Assembly: GCF_001652585.1 (NCBI RefSeq)
Contig: NZ_LWLG01000003.1
Coordinates: 90,001 to 122,000 of the forward strand
Direction: 5' to 3'
Length of the DNA stretch: 32,000 nt
Source of the DNA: Thermosulfurimonas dismutans
GTDB taxonomy: Bacteria > Desulfobacterota > Thermodesulfobacteria > Thermodesulfobacteriales > Thermodesulfobacteriaceae
Under the pieces are notes generated by a model. The model ran no database searches and was not told the DNA's origin. It saw only the letters and a list, made by a program, of their open reading frames with translations. The position numbers and the translations under genes were made by a program. Below, in pieces: positions 16,388 through 23,520 of this stretch. Each line of letters opens with the position of its first letter. Within the stretch, counting starts at the first letter, position 1.

Positions 16388-17605
16388 CTAGCCCTCCCTG
16401 TGGTTCCTGTCGGTTTTTTCTCGCGGCACGGCCTTTATCACAAGGGGGACTAGGAGGAGGGGCGGGAGCGATATCCAAAATGTGAGGAAGAAGAAGCTGG
16501 CGTAGCCCAGGTATTCGGCCCCGAAGCCCCCGAGGGCCCGCGAAAGGGTAAAGGAAAGGCTGAAAAGGGTGGAGAGTAGGGCGTACTGGCTGGCGCTCAT
16601 GTCCTTACGGCAGAGGCGCATGAGGAAGGCCAGAAAGGCCGCCGTGCCAAGCCCTCCGGTGAAGCTTTCTATAATGGAGGCTCCGTAGACGGTCCAGCGG
16701 GCACTATCAGGCAGGGCGGCGTAGGCGTAGCCCAGGTTTGAGAGGGACTGGGTTAGCCCCAGCATCCATAAGGCCCGGAAGAGCCCGAGATACCGGATGA
16801 GCCCCCCTCCCACGAGGGAGCCTACGATGGTGGCGATGCTTCCGAGGGTGCCGGAGATGAGGCCGATCTCAAGCTTCGTAAACCCCCGATCCACCCAGAA
16901 GGGATAGATCATGGAACCCATGGTGGCATCCCCGATCTTGAAAAAAAGTACGAAAAAGAGAATGGCCAGGGCATAGGGCCTCTTAAGAAAATCTTTTAAT
17001 GGTAAAAGATACTGCTCAAATATATTGTAAGTCTTTTGGGTAATAGATGGCTTCTTGGTATCCGGGAGGATGAGGATGAGGCCGGCAAGGGCCAGGAAGA
17101 CCACCGTTAAGGCCAGGAAGGCCGGTTTGAAGCCTAGGAAGTGGGAGAGGGCCACGAGACCGCCTCCGGAGCCGATCATGGCCACCCGGTAGGCCGAAAC
17201 CCGCACCCCGTTCCCGGGGCCGAGTTCCTCTTCCGTGAGGAGTTCTATGGTGTAGCCGTCCACGGCGATGTCCAGGGTAGCCGAAGAAAGCGTGCATAAA
17301 AAAACAAAGAGGATGTAAAGTTTTCCCGCCGGAGGAACCAGGGAAAGGAGGGCTACGGAAAGGCCAAGACCGAGAAGGGCTCCCACCATCCAGTGGTATT
17401 TCTGCCCGTAGCGGTCAACCAGCGGGGCCCAGAGGGGTTTTAGACTCCAAGAGAGTCCGGCCAGTGATAGTAGGCCGATCTCAATGAGGTTGACCCCTTC
17501 GCTTCGGAGATAGACCGGAAGGGTGACATAAACAAACCCGAAGGGTAGCCCTTCAGCCAGATAGAGCAGGGCCACTACCATCATTTTGCGATAGAAGTCT
17601 CTCAT
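16388..17605 (-). CDS. MFS transporter, AmpG/PAT-family-like (muropeptide or related permease)
   Basis: 405-aa polytopic ORF. The N-terminal LYLAEGLPFGFV...LKPLWAPLVDRYG resembles AmpG-type permeases. It overlaps the upstream methyltransferase gene by ATGA and lies 4 nt upstream of ade. Confidence 0.65.
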   Translation of the reverse strand: MRDFYRKMMVVALLYLAEGLPFGFVYVTLPVYLRSEGVNLIEIGLLSLAGLSWSLKPLWAPLVDRYGQKYHWMVGALLGLGLSVALLSLVPPAGKLYILFVFLCTLSSATLDIAVDGYTIELLTEEELGPGNGVRVSAYRVAMIGSGGGLVALSHFLGFKPAFLALTVVFLALAGLILILPDTKKPSITQKTYNIFEQYLLPLKDFLKRPYALAILFFVLFFKIGDATMGSMIYPFWVDRGFTKLEIGLISGTLGSIATIVGSLVGGGLIRYLGLFRALWMLGLTQSLSNLGYAYAALPDSARWTVYGASIIESFTGGLGTAAFLAFLMRLCRKDMSASQYALLSTLFSLSFTLSRALGGFGAEYLGYASFFFLTFWISLPPLLLVPLVIKAVPREKTDRNHREG

Positions 17606-18180
17606 CGCCGAAACCTCGGAAGAAAGCGGGGCGTTTTTTCTCGGTAGGCCTTATAGGTTTGACCGAAACGCTCAAGGAGCTCCCTTTCTTCAAGCGGTAT
17701 GATCACGAGCTGCACCACCAAGAAATCCAAAAGGGCCACCAGCCCCACCACCCAATAGCCCGTAAGGAGAAAAGCCCCGAGGAAGATCAGGGTGTGGGCC
17801 AGATAGGTGGGATGGCGCGAGAGGGCGAAGGGTCCCTCGGTAACCAGGAGGTCCTTGGAGGTGGTCTTGAAATGGGGAAGCCCGATAATCCTTCTTCCCA
17901 GAATGAGGGCGGTGGCTATTTGGAGCCCGAGTCCGACCAGGAATAAGACTGCCCCTAAAAGGGCTATTAGGAGCGGGGGTTCGAAACGTCCTAGGAAGGC
18001 GTGGGCCCTTTTGGTAAACATCAGATAGGCCAGGGCCAACCAGATAGCGATGATCAGGGGGTAATAGCAAAGCCCTAGGCGTTTTCTTAGGCCGGGAAAC
18101 AGGTGAAGGGGTATCCAGAAGAGGGGTATGAGAGGCCAAAAGGCCATCGTTGAGGCCGCTACAGCTTCCCAAAAGGTCAT
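17602..18180 (-). CDS. Membrane methyltransferase of the ICMT/PEMT (isoprenylcysteine carboxyl methyltransferase-like) family
   Basis: 192-aa ORF with about five TM segments. The C-terminal signature is LVTEGPFALSRHPTYLAHTL...PLEERELLERFGQTYKAYREKTPRFLP. The start is uncertain because no SD is visible; an alternative Met lies 11 codons in. Confidence 0.7.
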   Translation of the reverse strand: MTFWEAVAASTMAFWPLIPLFWIPLHLFPGLRKRLGLCYYPLIIAIWLALAYLMFTKRAHAFLGRFEPPLLIALLGAVLFLVGLGLQIATALILGRRIIGLPHFKTTSKDLLVTEGPFALSRHPTYLAHTLIFLGAFLLTGYWVVGLVALLDFLVVQLVIIPLEERELLERFGQTYKAYREKTPRFLPRFRR

Positions 18181-18182
18181 AA

Positions 18183-18198
18183 CTTTAGAATTCTAAAG
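18183..18198. promoter_or_regulatory. Perfect 16-bp palindrome CTTTAGAATTCTAAAG (candidate operator or 5' hairpin) in a divergent promoter region
   Basis: Read directly from the sequence: half-sites CTTTAGAA and TTCTAAAG with no mismatch. It lies 2 nt from the minus-strand start codon at 18180 and 60 nt upstream of the plus-strand ATG at 18258. The sequence is certain; the function is inferred. Confidence 0.4.
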
Positions 18199-18219
18199 AC
18201 CTTTTGGTATGAAGAAAAG

Positions 18220-18228
18220 TGCTATAAA
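18220..18228 (+). promoter_or_regulatory. Putative extended -10 promoter element (TGcTATAAA) for the 18258 operon
   Basis: TG lies at 18220-18221 and TATAAA at 18223-18228, about 30 nt upstream of the ATG, with the SD GGGAG at 18246-18250. No good -35 is present. Confidence 0.3.
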
Positions 18229-18257
18229 ATTTTAGCAAAATTTCTGGGAGCAGATGG

Positions 18258-18914
18258 ATGACCTATTTTACCTCGCGTTGGGTGACCGAGGCCTTTGAGC
18301 GCTATCGTAAGCGCAGGCCGCAGGACACCATCATGGGAAAACAGGTTATTTTTTCGGATAATCATTATCTCGCGGCCCTGCTTCACATCTATACCGGTAC
18401 TTTTACTCTAGAGCGTATTGCGGAGCTTGCCGGTTTGGGTCTTGAAGAGTTGCGTTTCCAACGCTCTCAGGTGGACTTCATGAGCCTGGTAGATTATCTG
18501 CGGACCAGGTTCTCGGAATGGTTCCGGGAACATCTTCTCATGCGGGATTTCGCACTTGGGGAGTACGGACGTCTCGCCCTAGAATACCTCCATCTTGAGG
18601 AGCAGGTCCAGTCCCAGATCAAGATTCCTCTTTTGAATCAGTTGAAGAACCTCTGCTATGAGCTCGAGGATAAGCTTGCCGGGGGAAAGCTACTTGCCCC
18701 TTATGACGAGTCTCTTTTTCGAAGGTTGTTACTTTTCTTCCTCTCCAGCGAGGCCTTGCGTCCCACCTTGAGCTCTCGCCTCGTCAATCAGGCCAAGGAG
18801 GCCGGAGAAAGGGCCTATCCCGGAGAATTCTCGCGGCTCGAGCTTCCGGAAAAGACGGGCTTTTCGGAGGGACTCTTCAAGCACCTCAAGGAGACCTTCG
18901 AGGAAAGGCTATGA
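18258..18914 (+). CDS. Hypothetical all-helical protein with a possible helix-turn-helix segment
   Basis: 218-aa ORF with no competing antisense ORF, an SD present, and an ATGA overlap with nth. The segment FTLERIAELAGLGLEELRFQRSQ looks HTH-like. I recognise no family. Confidence 0.6.
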   Translation: MTYFTSRWVTEAFERYRKRRPQDTIMGKQVIFSDNHYLAALLHIYTGTFTLERIAELAGLGLEELRFQRSQVDFMSLVDYLRTRFSEWFREHLLMRDFALGEYGRLALEYLHLEEQVQSQIKIPLLNQLKNLCYELEDKLAGGKLLAPYDESLFRRLLLFFLSSEALRPTLSSRLVNQAKEAGERAYPGEFSRLELPEKTGFSEGLFKHLKETFEERL

Positions 18915-19552
18915 GGGATAGAGAAAAGATTCACGAGATCTTGAGGATTTTAAAAGAGACCTATTCTGATGCCAAGATTGCCCTACGATTTGAAAATCCC
19001 TTGCAACTTCTCGTGGCCACCATCCTTTCGGCCCAGTGTACGGACGAGCGGGTAAATCAGGTGACCTCGGAACTTTTCAAAAAATATCCCGATGTCAGGG
19101 CCTTTGCTGAGGCTGATCTGGAAGAACTGGCTCAGGACATACGGCCCACGGGTTTCTATCAACAGAAGGCCAAATACATCAAGGAGGCCTGTCGGATCCT
19201 GGCCGAAAAATATGGCGGCGAGGTTCCTAAGAGCATGGAGGCTCTGCTTGAGCTTCCGGGAGTGGCCCGAAAGACGGCCAACATCGTGCTTGCCAACGCC
19301 TATGGCATTGTGGATGGCATTCCGGTGGACACCCACGTGAGGCGCCTGGCCCACCGGCTGGGTTTATCTCAAGAAAAGGACCCCAACAAGATAGAAAAGG
19401 ACCTCATGGACCTCATCCCGAGGGAAGACTGGGCCGTTATCCCTTATGTGCTCCAGGCTCATGGTCGTAAGATCTGTACCGCCCGAAAACCTAAGTGCGA
19501 GAAATGTCCCGTTAAAGACCTCTGTCCCTCGGCCAAGGAGTACCTTGCCTGA
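18911..19552 (+). CDS. nth: Endonuclease III (DNA glycosylase/AP lyase)
   Basis: 213-aa ORF with LLVATILSAQCTDERVN, the HhH-GPD motif LPGVARKTANIVL and the C-terminal 4Fe-4S ligand pattern CX6CX2CX5C (CTARKPKCEKCPVKDLC). Confidence 0.92.
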   Translation: MRDREKIHEILRILKETYSDAKIALRFENPLQLLVATILSAQCTDERVNQVTSELFKKYPDVRAFAEADLEELAQDIRPTGFYQQKAKYIKEACRILAEKYGGEVPKSMEALLELPGVARKTANIVLANAYGIVDGIPVDTHVRRLAHRLGLSQEKDPNKIEKDLMDLIPREDWAVIPYVLQAHGRKICTARKPKCEKCPVKDLCPSAKEYLA

Positions 19553-20480
19553 AGAGAAAGTTTTTCTTTTGAAAGTTGATGCCGAGGACGCCGGTAAACG
19601 TCTGGACGCCTTCCTTGCGGAAAAAATTCCTGAGCTTACCCGTTCCCGAATAAAAAGGCTTGTGACCGAGGGTCTGATTGAGATCAAAGGGATAGGGGAG
19701 CTCAAGGCCTCCCGGAAGGTGAGAACCGGGGAGGAGATCATGGTTAGGGTGCCTCCGCCCGAGGAGGTATCCCTTGAGCCTGAGGAGGTCCCCTTTGAGA
19801 TCCTCTATGAAGACGGAGATCTTGCGGTGATCGTAAAGCCCCCGGGGGTGGTAGTGCACCCCGGGGCCGGGCACCTAAAAGGCACCCTAGTACACGGGCT
19901 TTTAAAGAGGCTTTCCGGGCTCTCCGGTGTAGGCGGGGAGCTTCGGCCCGGGATCGTGCACCGGCTGGACAAGGATACTTCCGGCCTCATGGTGGTGGCC
20001 AAAAATGACCGGGCTCACCTCAGGCTTACCGCCATGTTCAAGGGCCGGGAGGTGGAGAAATGGTATCTGGCCCTGGTCCACGGGGTGCCAGAGCCCCGGG
20101 CCGGAAGGATAAACGTGCCCATAGGACGGCATCCGGTGCATCGCAAAAAGATGATGGCCGGGGCTCTCAGGGGGCGGGAGGCCGAGACTTTTTACCGGGT
20201 GCGGGAGACCTTTCGGCGGGCGGCCCTCCTTGAGGTTCGCCCCCTCACCGGCCGCACCCATCAGATACGGGTGCATCTTTCCCATATCGGGCACCCCATC
20301 GTGGGAGATTCCCTTTACGGGGGAAGGCGTCCCCAAGGGCCGAAGGCCGAAAGACAAATGCTTCACGCCTGGCGGCTTTCCTTTGAACACCCTGTAAGCG
20401 GGGAGAAGCTTTCCTTTGAGGCTCCACCGCCTCCGGATTTCCAAAAACTCCTTGAGGAGCTCAGGGGTTGCGAAAGATAG
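19545..20480 (+). CDS. rluD: 23S rRNA pseudouridine synthase, RluD/RluA family
   Basis: The ORF is open from 19446, but the S4-domain N-terminus begins near EEKVFLLKVDAEDAGKRLDAFL. A TTG at 19545 is preceded by AAGGAG (19535-19540) at 4-nt spacing. The catalytic motif HRLDKDTSGL is present. Start uncertain; TTG 19569 is an alternative. Confidence 0.85.
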   Translation: MPEEKVFLLKVDAEDAGKRLDAFLAEKIPELTRSRIKRLVTEGLIEIKGIGELKASRKVRTGEEIMVRVPPPEEVSLEPEEVPFEILYEDGDLAVIVKPPGVVVHPGAGHLKGTLVHGLLKRLSGLSGVGGELRPGIVHRLDKDTSGLMVVAKNDRAHLRLTAMFKGREVEKWYLALVHGVPEPRAGRINVPIGRHPVHRKKMMAGALRGREAETFYRVRETFRRAALLEVRPLTGRTHQIRVHLSHIGHPIVGDSLYGGRRPQGPKAERQMLHAWRLSFEHPVSGEKLSFEAPPPPDFQKLLEELRGCER

Positions 20481-21067
20481 CTGTAACCGGTGGCCCAGCC
20501 ACCGGAAAAACCACCTTCCTCGCGATCCTCAAGGAACTCGGTTATCCTACCTTTTCGGCCGATGAGGTTGTAAGGAGACTTATAGCTCCGGGTGGTCCAG
20601 CCCATGAAAGGATTAGAGAACTTTGTCCGTGGGCCGTAGGACCTGAGGGCGCCCTCGATCGTCGGCTAATTTTAAGACGCCTTGTGGAGGATGTGGCCTT
20701 TCGAAGTGTGCTTGAGGATCTGCTTCATCCCCTAGTTAAAGACGAGCTTCTTGCCTTCTTCGAGGCTCACTCCGGGACGGAGTTTGTCTTTGCTGAAATC
20801 CCCCTCCTTTTTGAGGCCGGCTGGGAAGAGCTTTTTGACGAGGTTTGGGTGGTGGCCTGTGATAAGGAAACTCAGAAAGCCAGGCTCCACCAAAGGCTAT
20901 CTGACCCGGAGCTCGTGGAGAGACTTCTCGCCACTCAACTTTCCTTATCAGAGAAGATCAAGCGGGCCGACCGAACCTTTTCGTCCGAGAAAGCTCCGGA
21001 AGTTTTGAAGCGTGAACTTCAAGAGTTGCTCTCAAGGATGCGGAGGCCCTGCTCCGAAAGACCATGA
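20468..21067 (+). CDS. coaE: Dephospho-CoA kinase
   Basis: 199-aa ORF with a TTG start after GAGGAG. It has the P-loop IAVTGGPATGKTT, ADEVV and the CoaE-like EIPLLFEAG. The 3' end overlaps convergent ribD by 49 nt. Confidence 0.8.
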   Translation: MRKIAVTGGPATGKTTFLAILKELGYPTFSADEVVRRLIAPGGPAHERIRELCPWAVGPEGALDRRLILRRLVEDVAFRSVLEDLLHPLVKDELLAFFEAHSGTEFVFAEIPLLFEAGWEELFDEVWVVACDKETQKARLHQRLSDPELVERLLATQLSLSEKIKRADRTFSSEKAPEVLKRELQELLSRMRRPCSERP

Positions 21068-22149
21068 AAGAGAAAGGAATCTCCAAGGCGCCTGACCTTT
21101 AAATTTTTCAGCCAGAGGGCCTGAGAGAGCCTTTTGGGGCCCATGCCGGCTACCGCCTGTGGGGCCTCCCTTCCACCGATGACCACCGAGCCTACGAAGA
21201 AGAAGACCTCGTCCACCAGCCCTTCGTCCAAAAAACTCCCGTGAACCTCGCCCCCGCCCTCGACGAGGACCGAGAGGATGTTTTGTCTGGCGAGGACCTC
21301 AAGTAGGGATGAAAGGTCTATCCGTCCGGCCTTCTCCGGCAAACGGAAGACCTTCACTCCCAGGTCTTGGAAGACCTTCTCCTTTTCGGGATCGGCCTCT
21401 TTTCCGCAGACGATCCAGGTGGATACCTTCCGCGCAGTTTCAAAGACCTTGAAGTCCGGGGAAAGGGAAAGACGGGTGTCTAGAATGATCCTTATTGGAT
21501 TCCGGCCACCTGGAATCCTACAGGTGAGCTCGGGATCATCGGCAAGCACGGTGTTTCTCCCCACCAAGATGGCGTCGCAGATGTTCCTCAGCCGGTGACC
21601 GAAACGACGAGCCTTATCGCCGGTAATCCACTTCGAGTCTCCGGTGCGGGTGGCAATGCGACCATCAAGGCTTGCGGCCACCTTTATGATGACCCAAGGA
21701 AGGCCAGTAAGGACCTTTTTTAAAAAAAATCGGGTGAGATACCGACATTCCTTTTCAAGAATCCCGGAGCGAACCTCAAGGCCCCGGCTAAGGAGGTATT
21801 CCAGACCTCCCCGGGCCTTGGGATTAGGGTCTCTCGTGCCCGCAACCACCCGGTTTATACCCGCGGCCAGAATGGCCTCGGTGCAGGGTGGGGTACGCCC
21901 AAAATGATTGCAGGGCTCAAGAGTGACATAGAGGGTAGCCCCACGAGCCCGCTCTCCGGCGCGCCTCAAGGCTTCCACCTCGGCATGAGGTTCTCCGGCC
22001 TGGCGGTGATAGCCCCGGGCGATGATTTCTCCGCTTTTCGGATCAACCACCACCGCCCCTACCGGGGGGTTGGGGCTTGTTCTCCCAAGACCTTTCAGGC
22101 CCTCCTTTATGGCCAGCCGCATGAAACGGACGTCTTCTTTTTCCTTCAT
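21019..22149 (-). CDS. ribD: Bifunctional riboflavin biosynthesis protein RibD (pyrimidine deaminase/uracil reductase)
   Basis: 376-aa ORF with TSPNPPVGAVVV, the zinc deaminase motifs HAEVEAL and PCNHFGRTPPC, and a C-terminal reductase domain. Confidence 0.92.
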   Translation of the reverse strand: MKEKEDVRFMRLAIKEGLKGLGRTSPNPPVGAVVVDPKSGEIIARGYHRQAGEPHAEVEALRRAGERARGATLYVTLEPCNHFGRTPPCTEAILAAGINRVVAGTRDPNPKARGGLEYLLSRGLEVRSGILEKECRYLTRFFLKKVLTGLPWVIIKVAASLDGRIATRTGDSKWITGDKARRFGHRLRNICDAILVGRNTVLADDPELTCRIPGGRNPIRIILDTRLSLSPDFKVFETARKVSTWIVCGKEADPEKEKVFQDLGVKVFRLPEKAGRIDLSSLLEVLARQNILSVLVEGGGEVHGSFLDEGLVDEVFFFVGSVVIGGREAPQAVAGMGPKRLSQALWLKNLKVRRLGDSFLFHGLSEQGLRILESNS

Positions 22150-22161
22150 GGTCTTTTAGCA

Positions 22162-22167
22162 TATAAT
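22162..22167 (+). promoter_or_regulatory. Consensus -10 hexamer TATAAT immediately upstream of the regulator ATG (possible leaderless transcript)
   Basis: A perfect TATAAT ends 6 nt before the ATG at 22174. No SD lies in between (AAAATC). The -35 position reads TTTTCC, which is weak. Confidence 0.3.
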
Positions 22168-22173
22168 AAAATC

Positions 22174-23520
22174 ATGCCCACCCAAAGACCCGAAATCTTG
22201 ATCGTGGACGACGACCCAAGTTTTCGCGAGTTTTTGAGCCTTTTTCTTAAAAAAGAAGGCTATCAAGTGCTTGTAAGTCAGAATGGAAAGGAGGCTTTGA
22301 CCATCCTTAAAAGAAAGCGGCCTCACCTTATCCTTCTAGATCTTCGTATGCCCGAGATGGAAGGCCTTGAATTTTTGGAAATCATTAGGAAACGGGGAAT
22401 TGATGTTCCGGTTATTGTTATTACGGCTTACGCTTCCCTAGATTCTGCAGTCAGGGCCAAGAAAGAGGGGGCCTTCGATTACGTTCCTAAACCCTTCAAG
22501 CTCGAGACTCTGAGAAATAAGATCAATGAGGCTCTGAGGCTTCCTTCTGTGGAAGAGGCCCCTCCAAAAGAGTTCATGGGAATTGTGGGGCAGAGTCCTC
22601 CCATGAGGAGGCTTTTTGTCCTGCTTCCCAAGGTTGCCCAGGCGGAAAGCAACGTTCTTATCACCGGGGAGTCTGGGACCGGGAAGGAGCTCGTGGCCCG
22701 AGCCATCCATGAGCTTTCGCCGAGGAAAAACAAGCCGTTTTTAGTAGTAAACTGTGGCGGCATTCCGGCCTCGCTTCTCGAATCAGAACTTTTTGGTTAC
22801 AAGTCCGGGGCCTTCACCGGAGCCACTAAGGACAAGCCGGGGCTCTTTGCCCTGGCCCACCAGGGAACCATCTTCCTTGACGAGATCGGAGATTTGCCTC
22901 CAGAACTCCAGGTTAAACTCCTCCGAGTGGTGGAGAACAAGACCTTCACCCCTCTTGGAAGTACTAAAGAGGTTAAAGTAGATGTACGTATCATTTCGGC
23001 TACCAATAAAAATCTTGAGGAGGAAGTGCGAGCCGGACGATTTCGGGAGGATCTCTATTTTCGCCTCAATGTCCTTTCCATTCATCTTCCTCCTCTTCGT
23101 GAAAGGAAGGAGGATATCCCACTTCTGGTGAACCATTTCTTGAAAAAATACGCCCGGAAGATGAAAAAAGATGTTCAAGGGATTTCGGAATACGCCCTCA
23201 AGGCCCTTATGGAATACGATTTCCCGGGAAACATTCGGGAGCTTGAGAACATTATCGAGCGTTCCGTGGCCTTGGAATCTGGACCTCTCATTCTCCCGGA
23301 AAGCCTTGATCTTTCCTTCTCTAAAAAGAGTCTCCCTGAGAGGAACTTTCCCATTCTTCCGGAAGAGGGACTTAATCTGGAGGCCTATCTGGCTTCTATA
23401 GAAAAATCATTGCTAAAGCAAGCCCTAGAGAAAACCGGCGGGAACCGGGAAGCCGCTGCTAAACTTTTGGGTCTTTCAACTAGATCATTGCGATATCGTT
23501 TGCAAAAATACGGCCTATGA
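22174..23520 (+). CDS. Sigma-54-dependent response regulator (NtrC family: REC + AAA+ + Fis-type HTH)
   Basis: The start is taken at ATG 22174 (MPTQRPEILIVDDDPS); the ORF track's 21904 start is read-through antisense to ribD. It has a canonical receiver (DD, LILLDLRMP), Walker A GESGTGKE, the GAFTGA motif and a C-terminal HTH (EAAAKLLGLSTRSLRYRLQKYG). Confidence 0.9.
   Translation: MPTQRPEILIVDDDPSFREFLSLFLKKEGYQVLVSQNGKEALTILKRKRPHLILLDLRMPEMEGLEFLEIIRKRGIDVPVIVITAYASLDSAVRAKKEGAFDYVPKPFKLETLRNKINEALRLPSVEEAPPKEFMGIVGQSPPMRRLFVLLPKVAQAESNVLITGESGTGKELVARAIHELSPRKNKPFLVVNCGGIPASLLESELFGYKSGAFTGATKDKPGLFALAHQGTIFLDEIGDLPPELQVKLLRVVENKTFTPLGSTKEVKVDVRIISATNKNLEEEVRAGRFREDLYFRLNVLSIHLPPLRERKEDIPLLVNHFLKKYARKMKKDVQGISEYALKALMEYDFPGNIRELENIIERSVALESGPLILPESLDLSFSKKSLPERNFPILPEEGLNLEAYLASIEKSLLKQALEKTGGNREAAAKLLGLSTRSLRYRLQKYGL

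Noticed and set aside
17690-18172. A 160-aa ORF on the same strand as the ICMT-like gene but in another frame
   Set aside because: The product is Pro/Gly/Arg-rich and non-membrane-like. The overlapping frame encodes a coherent polytopic methyltransferase with a conserved C-terminal motif.
21904-22173. A 90-codon N-terminal extension of the NtrC-like ORF as given in the ORF track
   Set aside because: The extension is antisense to the conserved N-terminus of ribD and has no receiver-like sequence. A canonical receiver starts at Met 22174 (MPTQRPEILIVDDD). Similarly, 19446-19544 extends rluD into nth and was trimmed.
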